From the NCBI GenBank assembly GCA_964576615.1, contig CAZNUU010000001.1, positions 31,309-95,308 of the forward strand: a stretch of DNA of 64,000 nucleotides, in the 5' to 3' direction. The translations under genes and the position numbers were made by a program. The notes under the pieces are model-generated. The model ran no database searches. It was not told where the DNA came from and saw only the letters and a program-made list of their open reading frames with translations. Source of the stretch: an uncultured Candidatus Saccharibacteria bacterium (lineage in GTDB: Bacteria > Patescibacteriota > Minisyncoccia > Phycocordibacterales > DATDWN01). Each line of letters starts with the position of its first letter. Position 1 is the stretch's first letter. Below, in pieces: positions 9,315 through 17,755 of the stretch.

Positions 9315-9339
9315 GAATTAATTTTATCAGGATGTACGA

Positions 9340-9900
9340 TTAAAGTACATATATGAAGAGTCTATTTCCTATCGGATCTTTGGTGCTGAGGCCTAGGTCA
9401 ATTATTTTTTGGGCTGTCATAGATTTTATTTCAAAGTCGCATGAGGCTATTATAGTTTCAGGTCTAAATTTCTCTCTTGATTTTGATAAAAGTCTGTTTA
9501 CTACCTCAGGATATAGAAATAGAAAGATATGAGTTGCATCCCTGAAATCGGTCTTAAAGAAATTTTCTCTGCGAATCTCAATGTTAGGATGTTTCCTAGT
9601 TTTAAATTTCGCTAACCAATAGGGAACTAAAGCAATCTCAATCCCAACCATCTTAACTTCTGGAAATTGTTTGGATGCGGCTAGTAAAACACGACCATCT
9701 CCGCAACCCAGATCGTAAAGCACGCTAGATTTTTTTAGATCCATGTTCTCGACGATTCGTTCCAGAGCGAAATCTGGCACAGGCACAAATGGCGCATCAG
9801 CTGAAAATGCAGCTATGAATTGAGAAATAACAAACAAAACAAAAACTATAGAAAAGAGTACGAATATTAATATGCTGACCAAAAAAAAGAATAAAACCAT
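9340..9900 (-). CDS. Membrane-anchored class I SAM-dependent methyltransferase
   Basis: N-terminal TM, APFVP, YDLGCGDGR; start reassigned to MVLFFF. Confidence 0.85.
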   Translation of the reverse strand: MVLFFFLVSILIFVLFSIVFVLFVISQFIAAFSADAPFVPVPDFALERIVENMDLKKSSVLYDLGCGDGRVLLAASKQFPEVKMVGIEIALVPYWLAKFKTRKHPNIEIRRENFFKTDFRDATHIFLFLYPEVVNRLLSKSREKFRPETIIASCDFEIKSMTAQKIIDLGLSTKDPIGNRLFIYVL

Positions 9901-9925
9901 TGGTAATTTATGATAACATGCAATC

Positions 9926-10606
9926 ATGTCACAGGAGATGGAGTGGGATAGGGAATATAAAAAATCACAGCTTCTAACTAAGGAGAATAAACCGCAAAAT
10001 GATGTGGTTAGGTTTACGGATTTTCTGGAGGAAAATGGGCTAAAGATGGATGGACTCAAGATCTTGGATATTGGTTCTGGTACGGGCCGAAACAGCCTCT
10101 ATTTTGCTCAAAGAGGAGCCAAAGTTTTTGGCATAGAGTTATCTAGAAATGCTTTGGAAATAGCAGAGAAAAATACAAAGGATGCAGGTCTTGAAATCGA
10201 ATATATGAAAGGTAATATCGGGTGGGCTTTTCCATTTGAAGATAACTCGTTTGATATTTTACTGGATGTTACATCATCTAATTCTCTTTCCGAATCCGAA
10301 AGAAATATTTATCTCATCGAGTCTAAACGAGTTTTGAAAGAAGGTGGGTATTTTTTTGTAAAAGCATTGTGTAAAGATGGTGATAAAAATGCGAAGACTT
10401 TACTTAAAGATTCCCCAGGCAAAGAAAAAGATACTTATGTATTACCTGGTCTTAATGTAACGGAAAGAGTTTGGTCCAAAAATGACTTTGTCACAACTTA
10501 CGAAAAATATTTTACAATTTTACATCTAGAAAAGAAAACAAGTTATCCAAGAATGAATGGTCGCTCGTACAAACGAAACTGGTGGATTTGCTATATGAAA
10601 AAGTAA
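9926..10606 (+). CDS. Class I SAM-dependent methyltransferase
   Basis: ILDIGSGTGRN, FPFEDNSFD, RVLKEGG. Confidence 0.9.
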   Translation: MSQEMEWDREYKKSQLLTKENKPQNDVVRFTDFLEENGLKMDGLKILDIGSGTGRNSLYFAQRGAKVFGIELSRNALEIAEKNTKDAGLEIEYMKGNIGWAFPFEDNSFDILLDVTSSNSLSESERNIYLIESKRVLKEGGYFFVKALCKDGDKNAKTLLKDSPGKEKDTYVLPGLNVTERVWSKNDFVTTYEKYFTILHLEKKTSYPRMNGRSYKRNWWICYMKK

Positions 10607-10620
10607 GACATAAAACTAAG

Positions 10621-10646
10621 CCCCCGGACCACTATGGATCCGGGGG
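10621..10646. terminator. Hairpin terminator between convergent genes
   Basis: cccccgga...tccggggg. Confidence 0.7.
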
Positions 10647-10653
10647 TTGGTAC

Positions 10654-11910
10654 TCACTTTCCCAAGGTGATTACTGTGCGCGCTCTTTGAGGGGTCATTT
10701 GATCGACGAGATTTGTCAGTTCCTCGTGGGGTATCGTGTCCACGTAGTTCAGATACATCTCGGCGGCAATTGTTTCCCCCGCAAGAACTATTTCAGAGAT
10801 GGCTACGGCCACGCTTCTGGTTGGGCTGGGGATCTGCATGTCGAGGTTGTTGCGCATGCCTGCTCTTACAGTGGCCCACCATTCCCTGGACCTGATTTGG
10901 GGGTCACTTCTTAGCATTTCCAGCAGGGCATTCTCGACCGCAGGGATTTTCTCAGAACTGGTATTGACCTCAAACCCAATGAAACCACCGTCGAGGGAGT
11001 GGAACCTTTCTTGGCTAGCGGTATATGCCAACTGCTTGTTCTCACGTACAGCGCGGTATAGAGGTGAGCCAAGCCCCCCAAACGTGAAGATCTGACCCAG
11101 CAAACCGTACCTCACTAAGTCGGTCCAACTTTTGAGAGCTGGGATCGGGAATACGACTGAGACCTGAGACGGCTCGAAGGAAGATTGAGCAACGAACCTC
11201 TTCTCCTTTGGCCAAGTCAGTTCACCATAAGATGGAGAACTCCTTCTTGGGGTTAGGCTGTTGGAAGGAAGTGACGCCAGAGGCTCGCTTAGAACCTGCA
11301 TGACTTCGTCTCTCTCCAAAGAGGTTGAGACCACGAAGATCATCCTGGATCTGTCATAACCTTTCATCCAGGCATTTCTAAGCACGTCCGGTGTCATCGA
11401 ATCAAGTGAGCTTGTTGTGCCAAGGGTACGATTCCCCAGCACATGCTCAGGAAACAATGATTCCCAGAGGTTGTACGAGTGACACCTCTCCAGACTTCCA
11501 AGAGCTCGCTTGATTTCCTGACCGATGATGTCTCTTTCGGCGACGATACCCTCGTCTGTGAGGAGCGGGCGAGCAACCAAATCAGTTACCAACCTTACTG
11601 CGGTTGGCAAAAATTTGTCGGGGATAGTAGCCCAGAAATTGGTACGAAGGGCGCTTGTGTTCGCGCCTGATTCGCCGCCAAATCTGGCTATTGTACCCTT
11701 TGTGTCAGTGTACCCATTCGGGAAGTTCACTGTTCCCCGGAATGGTGCGTGCTCGAACCAGTGGTAGAGACCTGGCTCTCCGCATGATGTGTCGTCGGCT
11801 GCTCCGACGAGGACTGTGAGTGAAATCCCAGTGCACTTTATGACCGACGGTAGCCGCTCATAAAATATGGGAATGCCATGTGGGCCAACTACTCTTTCAA
11901 ATTCAGTCAT
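10654..11910 (-). CDS. M16 family (insulinase/pitrilysin-like) zinc peptidase (GC-rich cassette)
   Basis: Inverted HxxEH motif (HWFEH), ERDIIGQE, SPLYRAVRENKQLAY; GGAGG SD before MTEFER; TTGACT-17-TATAGT promoter. Confidence 0.88.
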   Translation of the reverse strand: MTEFERVVGPHGIPIFYERLPSVIKCTGISLTVLVGAADDTSCGEPGLYHWFEHAPFRGTVNFPNGYTDTKGTIARFGGESGANTSALRTNFWATIPDKFLPTAVRLVTDLVARPLLTDEGIVAERDIIGQEIKRALGSLERCHSYNLWESLFPEHVLGNRTLGTTSSLDSMTPDVLRNAWMKGYDRSRMIFVVSTSLERDEVMQVLSEPLASLPSNSLTPRRSSPSYGELTWPKEKRFVAQSSFEPSQVSVVFPIPALKSWTDLVRYGLLGQIFTFGGLGSPLYRAVRENKQLAYTASQERFHSLDGGFIGFEVNTSSEKIPAVENALLEMLRSDPQIRSREWWATVRAGMRNNLDMQIPSPTRSVAVAISEIVLAGETIAAEMYLNYVDTIPHEELTNLVDQMTPQRARTVITLGK

Positions 11911-12025
11911 CCAAACCTCCAAAGTTTTGGTGGTGCTGTCTTTTCATACTATAATACGCAATTTTAAGTTAGTCAAATTTGACATATATTGACTTTATTA
12001 TCTTTTTCTGTATTATAAATTAATC

Positions 12026-12208
12026 ATGAAAAACATGATTAATTATCTAAATACTCATGGAAACGGCCGAAAGTGGCTTTGCACTTTTGCTGTCTCACTA
12101 AATCAGACTGCTTCTCCATTTGCAGGAGAAAGATCGCGCAGTGTTTTAATTGTTTGAATAAGTGACATATTTGAACGCTTAAAATGCCGCGTGAATCGCG
12201 GCATTTTT
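12026..12208 (+). promoter_or_regulatory. Leader peptide (43 aa, 12026-12157) with transcription attenuator
   Basis: uORF MKNMINYLNTHGNGRKWLCTFAVSLNQTASPFAGERSRSVLIV; competing helices; terminator aaaatgccgcg-tgaat-cgcggcattttt at 12181-12208. Confidence 0.7.
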
Positions 12209-12257
12209 AGTTCTTTTGTGTTCTTTCACATTCACAAATTCAGAATAGGAGGCGCTC

Positions 12258-14030
12258 TTGGAGAGAGAAAAGAAAAATCCACTCTCTTACCTTTTCGGTA
12301 AGACGTGGAAGTACTCACGGGGCAATCGCAGGAATGTAATTCTGTACATACTCATGCTCATCGCGAGCGAGTGTGTAAACACGTTCTGGTCGCCAGTAGT
12401 TATGGCCAATATCATGAACGTTGTGACGCGTGAGGGTGTAAGGAGGGAGAATTTATCAAAACTTCTTTTCCTGCTCTCACTTCTCATCGTAAGAACAGTC
12501 CTGTCCTGGGGGTTTCATGGCCCAGCTCGAGTAATCGAGCAGCTGAACGCCTTCAGGTCTAGAAGAAACTATTGGCAGTATCTTCTGGAAGGGGTGATGA
12601 ACTTGCCACTTGAGTGGCACACTGAGCATCACTCTGGGGACACCATCGACAAGATGAACAAAGGTACTGGTGCACTCTTTGATTTCTCAGGCGATTCGTT
12701 TGAGATAATCAAGCCTCTTGTTCTCCTTGTCGGCTCGCTTAGCATGATTGTCTACTTTAGCCCGATCTCGGTTGTCATTGTCGCAGTGATGATGGCACTT
12801 GGGGCTTGGGTTACGGTGGCTTTTGATGCAACGCTTGGTCCACAATACAGGCAGCTCAATCGTTTCGACAACAAGATTTCTGAACGCATTTTTGACACGG
12901 TCAGTAATATTTCGACTGTGATAATCTTGCGCGTAGAAAAACTTGTTTTTGAAACAATCATGAGAAAGGTTGATGAACCGTTCGATCTGTTCAAGCGAAA
13001 TGCAATCTTGAACGAATGGAAGTGGTTCTGGACCAGTGTCTGCGCAAATCTCATGGTGGTCTTCGTTCTCGGGTTTTATCTCTACCAGCATCTCGGTACT
13101 TCTGCCGGTGTTCTGGTCGGGAACGTCTATCTTCTCTTGAATTATCTCAACAAAGTTGGGGAACTGTTCTATCAGTTCACCTCACTTTATGGTGGGACGA
13201 TCAGAAGAAAGTATCGTGTCATGAATGCTGAAGAACTCTCGAAAGAGTTTCAGCCTTCTACGTTCGCAAACCACGTATTGCCAAAAGTGTGGAGTGAACT
13301 CTCGATCCGAAACCTCAACTTCTCCTACGGAGGAGGTGAGGGTGATCCACATCTGGATGATGTTTCAACACGGATCCAGCATGGGGAACACATTGCCATC
13401 GTCGGTGGCAGCGGTAGTAGCAAGACGACATTTCTCATGCTAATGAGAGATCTCTATCATCCGCAGAGTCTTACACTCTCTGTTGATAGCGTGGAAATTC
13501 CACATGGGTTCGAAGGTATAAGCAGAGCAATTTCGCTTGTGCCACAGGATCCTGAGATTCTGGCTACGACTATACGAGAGAACATCACGCTCGGCGCCGA
13601 GTACGACGAGAGGTTGGTTCGACACTACACAGACATGGCTTGCTTTACGGATGTGGTCGATAGTTTACCAAAAGGGTTCGACTCATCTGTAAAAGAAAAG
13701 GGGGTCAATCTCTCAGGTGGTCAGGTTCAACGTCTGGCTCTCTCGAGAGGACTCCTGGCTTGTCACGGCAAGGACATTGTCCTTCTCGATGAGCCGACCT
13801 CAAGTCTCGATGTGGTAACTGAGATTACAGTTTACCGGAACATTCTCGTAGCGTTCCGAAACAAAACCGTAATCTCAACGGTGCACAGACTTCAACTTCT
13901 CCCGCTTTTCGATCGTGTTTGCATGTTCGAGAAGGGGAGGATCGTTGGGTCTGGAACTGTTCAGGAACTCTTACTGAGTTGCCCGCAGTTCGAGGCTCTC
14001 TGGAATAGGCAGTTTGTTGATCCAGTGTGA
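12258..14030 (+). CDS. ABC exporter half-transporter (TMD+NBD), GC-rich
   Basis: TM domain; variant Walker A GGSGSSKTT, LSGGQ, VLLDEPTSSLD, HRL; AGGAGG SD before TTG. Confidence 0.9.
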   Translation: MEREKKNPLSYLFGKTWKYSRGNRRNVILYILMLIASECVNTFWSPVVMANIMNVVTREGVRRENLSKLLFLLSLLIVRTVLSWGFHGPARVIEQLNAFRSRRNYWQYLLEGVMNLPLEWHTEHHSGDTIDKMNKGTGALFDFSGDSFEIIKPLVLLVGSLSMIVYFSPISVVIVAVMMALGAWVTVAFDATLGPQYRQLNRFDNKISERIFDTVSNISTVIILRVEKLVFETIMRKVDEPFDLFKRNAILNEWKWFWTSVCANLMVVFVLGFYLYQHLGTSAGVLVGNVYLLLNYLNKVGELFYQFTSLYGGTIRRKYRVMNAEELSKEFQPSTFANHVLPKVWSELSIRNLNFSYGGGEGDPHLDDVSTRIQHGEHIAIVGGSGSSKTTFLMLMRDLYHPQSLTLSVDSVEIPHGFEGISRAISLVPQDPEILATTIRENITLGAEYDERLVRHYTDMACFTDVVDSLPKGFDSSVKEKGVNLSGGQVQRLALSRGLLACHGKDIVLLDEPTSSLDVVTEITVYRNILVAFRNKTVISTVHRLQLLPLFDRVCMFEKGRIVGSGTVQELLLSCPQFEALWNRQFVDPV

Positions 14031-14078
14031 ATGTCCGCCCCGCGCCAAAATGGCGCGGGGCAAACTTTAGGAGGAGTT

Positions 14079-14654
14079 ATGGCTGAAAAAGTTGTGTTTC
14101 TCTCGGGCAGGAAAACAAACCTACGTCCCGTGAGTCGTGCAGATATCCCTACACTACTCCGCTGGGTCAATGACCCAGAAGTGCGGGACTTTGTTCTCGG
14201 GACCTTTCCGTGGACGGAGAAGATGGAAGAAGACTGGTTCGACAAACTGGGCAAGGATGAGAGCAAGGTGACTCTGGTGATCGAGACCAAGGAGGGCAAA
14301 GCCATTGGAACGATGGGGATTCACAACATAAACTGGGTCAGCCGCACAGGCACGACTGGGGCGATGATCGGGGAAAAGGATTGTTGGGGGCAGGGTTATG
14401 GCACCGACGCCAAGCTCGTTCTCCTGCAATACGCCTTTGATACCTTGAATCTCTTCCGGATTCGCTCGGACGTGATTGGGTTCAACGATCGTAGCGTGAG
14501 GTACAGTCTGCGCTGCGGTTACAAGGTGGAGGGCACTCGGCCAAAGGATATCTTCAAGAGAGGACAATATTGGGATCGAATCGAACTCGGAGTTTTCCGG
14601 GAAGACTGGTTCCCAATTTGGGAAAAGTATCAGCAAACCGGCAAGGTCCGGTGA
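14079..14654 (+). CDS. GNAT (RimJ/RimL-like) N-acetyltransferase
   Basis: IGEKDCWGQGYGT, AFDTLNL, GYKVEG; AGGAGG SD before MAEKVV. Confidence 0.9.
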   Translation: MAEKVVFLSGRKTNLRPVSRADIPTLLRWVNDPEVRDFVLGTFPWTEKMEEDWFDKLGKDESKVTLVIETKEGKAIGTMGIHNINWVSRTGTTGAMIGEKDCWGQGYGTDAKLVLLQYAFDTLNLFRIRSDVIGFNDRSVRYSLRCGYKVEGTRPKDIFKRGQYWDRIELGVFREDWFPIWEKYQQTGKVR

Positions 14655-14659
14655 TTATG

Positions 14660-14687
14660 AGGGCTCGCGAAAGCGAGCCCTTTCTTT
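14660..14687 (+). terminator. Intrinsic terminator
   Basis: agggctcgc-gaaa-gcgagccct-ttcttt. Confidence 0.88.
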
Positions 14688-14716
14688 ATGAGGATTTATG
14701 TTAAAATTTAAATCTT

Positions 14717-16498
14717 ATGGAAACTATTAGGGAGAAACATACAAATGTTTCAGTTGGACAAATAATTGAAAAATTTTGGCAGAGCACTGGAAGGTATAAG
14801 CCTTGGTTTCTCGTTGCTTTTATCTTCTTTCTACTTGCTCAAGTTGCCACTGTTATAGTACCTATATTTTATAAAAGTTTTTTTGATATTCTCGGAAGTC
14901 ATCCAGACAAAACAGAAGCAGTGAAGAGTTTGATGAGAATAATAGAAATTGTTCTCATTCTGCGACTTACCAACTGGCTTTCCTGGAGAATTGCAATAAA
15001 TATTTATCAAAATATGCAAGCTAGGGTTATGGCTCTTATCAAACAAACTTCTTTTGATTATCTAACGAGCCACTCTTATAGTTTTTTTGCAAATACATTT
15101 GGCGGTAGTCTAGTCCAAAGATTGAATCGTTTCAGTAGAGCGTTTGAAGCGATAACCGACAACATAACTTTTAGTTTACTTCCATTGTTTGTAACAATCA
15201 TTGGTTCAATGATTGCAGTCTATAGGTTTGCACCACTACTCTCTGGGGTATTGGCAATCTGGATAGTAGCATTTGGAGTTTTTAGCGTGTCGTTTTCTCG
15301 TTGGAAGATGAAATATGATTTAATTTCCTCTGAGGCTGATTCGGTAACTACTGGTTATCTTGCAGATGTCATTACTAATAATTCGTCAGTCTCTTTCTTC
15401 ACTGGGCATGAATATGAATCGATCGGATTCAGAGAAGTAACAGATGATCAGACCAAGAAGACATTATATTCATGGAAACTTGGTGATATAACTGATGCAG
15501 TTCAAATGTTCTTACTCATCCTAGTAGAGTTTTTTATCTTTTATTACGCAATTAAATTTTGGTCACAAGGTCTCATAACAGTTGGTACCTTTGTCTTGGT
15601 CCAGACGTATATTATTTCATTGTCGGGTCAGCTCTGGGGTTTGGGTAAAATTGTTAGAAATTTATACCAAAACATAGCCGAATCTAAGGAAATGGTTGAA
15701 ATCCTAGATACGCCGCATGAAATTAGGGATTTACCAGGAGCCAAACCTATTAAAATAGAAAGTGGCCAAATAGAATTCGATAATGTCACTTTTGGTTTTT
15801 CTAAAGACAGCAAGATAATAAATGATTTTAATCTTAAAATTAAGGGTGGAGAAAAAGTGGCGATTGTCGGTCCAAGTGGTTCAGGCAAGACTACTCTCGT
15901 CAGGCTAATTATGCGAGTTTATGATGTAGGCAAAGGTGCGGTAAAGATTGATGGCCAAAATATTAAAGATATTACTCAAAGTAGTTTGCGTGAAAGTATT
16001 AGTTTTGTGCCACAGGATCCGGTGTTATTTCACAGGACGTTAATGGATAATATCCGATACGGTAGGCGACACGCCACCGACCAAGATGTTATTGCAGCTG
16101 CAAAATTAGCCCATTGTGATGAATTTATCGATAAACTCCCCTTAGGTTACCAGACATATGTGGGGGAAAGAGGAATAAAGTTATCAGGAGGTGAGCGTCA
16201 AAGAGTGGCAATTGCAAGAGCAATATTAAAACACGCACCCATACTAATATTTGATGAAGCTACATCTAGTTTGGATTCGTATTCTGAGCATTTGATTCAG
16301 GATGCATTGGAGAATCTTATGAAAAATTGTACTACCATAGTTATAGCGCACAGATTATCAACTATAAAAAAGATGGACAGAATTATTTCAATGAGGGAAG
16401 GTCAGATCGTCGAGGAAGGTACACACGATGAGCTTACAAGTAAGGAATCTGGTCTCTATAAGAAACTTTGGGATCTACAAAGTGGTGGGTTTTTGTAA
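14717..16498 (+). CDS. ABC exporter half-transporter (MsbA/Atm1-like)
   Basis: GPSGSGKTT, LSGGERQR, IFDEATSSLD, IAHRLST. Confidence 0.93.
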   Translation: METIREKHTNVSVGQIIEKFWQSTGRYKPWFLVAFIFFLLAQVATVIVPIFYKSFFDILGSHPDKTEAVKSLMRIIEIVLILRLTNWLSWRIAINIYQNMQARVMALIKQTSFDYLTSHSYSFFANTFGGSLVQRLNRFSRAFEAITDNITFSLLPLFVTIIGSMIAVYRFAPLLSGVLAIWIVAFGVFSVSFSRWKMKYDLISSEADSVTTGYLADVITNNSSVSFFTGHEYESIGFREVTDDQTKKTLYSWKLGDITDAVQMFLLILVEFFIFYYAIKFWSQGLITVGTFVLVQTYIISLSGQLWGLGKIVRNLYQNIAESKEMVEILDTPHEIRDLPGAKPIKIESGQIEFDNVTFGFSKDSKIINDFNLKIKGGEKVAIVGPSGSGKTTLVRLIMRVYDVGKGAVKIDGQNIKDITQSSLRESISFVPQDPVLFHRTLMDNIRYGRRHATDQDVIAAAKLAHCDEFIDKLPLGYQTYVGERGIKLSGGERQRVAIARAILKHAPILIFDEATSSLDSYSEHLIQDALENLMKNCTTIVIAHRLSTIKKMDRIISMREGQIVEEGTHDELTSKESGLYKKLWDLQSGGFL

Positions 16499-16525
16499 AA
16501 ATAGCTAATTTGATAGTATAGATCT

Positions 16526-17476
16526 ATGAAGAAATCACTACTTTCGGGAGTTCAGCCTTCGGGACGACTACATATTGGAAACTATTTTGGAGCACTAAAG
16601 CAGTTCGTTGACATGCAGAACGATTACAATGCTATCTATATGATTGTGGATTACCATGCCCTCAATTCCGTTCAAGATAAAAAAACAATGTCGGATAATA
16701 TTTTGGGTGTGGCGATGGATTATCTAGCGATCGGTCTTGATCCCCAGAAATCAATAATTTTTAAACAATCTGATGTTTCCGAGCACACCGAACTTTGTTG
16801 GATCTTTGACACTATCACCAGTATGTCCTTTTTGGAAAGAGCTCATGCTTACAAGGACGCCGTGGCCAACAATCGGGAGGCAACCGTCGGACTTTTTAAT
16901 TACCCAATGTTAATGGCGGCAGATATTTTACTTTACGATATTGATGTAGTACCAGTTGGGCAGGACCAAAAACAACATATTGAGTACACGAGGGACACTG
17001 CTCAGAAGTTCAATAACGTTTTCAAAAAGGAAGTTTTCAAATTACCCGATGCAAAGATAATGCCAGAAGTAGCAGTTGTGCCAGGAACAGATGGCAGAAA
17101 AATGTCCAAGAGCTATGGCAACACCATTCCGCTTTTTGCGACAGATGATGAAATAGAAAAAGCTGTGATGTCTATTGTCACGGACTCGAGTGGTGATAGA
17201 CCCGAGAATGTTTACGCAATACATAGACTTTTGAAATCAGAAGAGGAACTCTCATCCTTGTACGAAGAAAATAATGGCAAGTATAAAGTTCTAAAAGAAT
17301 CACTTATTGAAGATTTGAAAAAATTTATCGGACCAATGAGGGAAAAAAGAGAACAATTGGCTGCAGATCCAGATTTTGTACTAGATGTCTTACGTGAGGG
17401 TGGCAAGCGAGCGAAAGTTAAAGCTGAAAAGAAAATGGAGGATGTGAGAGATGCAGTTGGGGTTAAGTTGTACTAA
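16526..17476 (+). CDS. trpS: Tryptophan--tRNA ligase
   Basis: SGVQPSG, HIGN, YPMLMAADIL, GQDQKQH, KMSKS. Confidence 0.97.
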   Translation: MKKSLLSGVQPSGRLHIGNYFGALKQFVDMQNDYNAIYMIVDYHALNSVQDKKTMSDNILGVAMDYLAIGLDPQKSIIFKQSDVSEHTELCWIFDTITSMSFLERAHAYKDAVANNREATVGLFNYPMLMAADILLYDIDVVPVGQDQKQHIEYTRDTAQKFNNVFKKEVFKLPDAKIMPEVAVVPGTDGRKMSKSYGNTIPLFATDDEIEKAVMSIVTDSSGDRPENVYAIHRLLKSEEELSSLYEENNGKYKVLKESLIEDLKKFIGPMREKREQLAADPDFVLDVLREGGKRAKVKAEKKMEDVRDAVGVKLY

Positions 17477-17501
17477 GTGTTGGGTTCCTGTATTATAGAG
17501 A

Positions 17502-17727
17502 TACCTAAGATCCGGATGACACCGGTGAGGTAAGGGAAGAAAGCCCTAAAGCCTGATGGCTCGGGTAAATAGAACCCTCGGACTGCGACGTCGCAGATAA
17601 AAGAGACCCTAAAACATGATAATGTTCGGGTAAACAGGGTGGCACCGCGCTTAGTCGTTGCGAAGCAATTAGACACAAAGTCGCCCCTGCGAATTTATTA
17701 AATTAATGAATTCGGAGGGGCGTTTTT
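17502..17727 (+). ncRNA. T-box riboswitch (Asp specifier) upstream of aspS
   Basis: AAACAGGGTGGCACCGCG T-box (17632-17649) pairs with CGCCCCTG (17682-17689); overlapping terminator ends GGAGGGGCGTTTTT; promoter TTGTAC-17-TATTAT (17468-17496). Confidence 0.9.
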
Positions 17728-17755
17728 GTTTAAAAAACTCTTCGAAAAAATAAAT

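Noticed and set aside
17473-17676. 67-aa ORF on -
   Set aside because: Antisense to the T-box leader.
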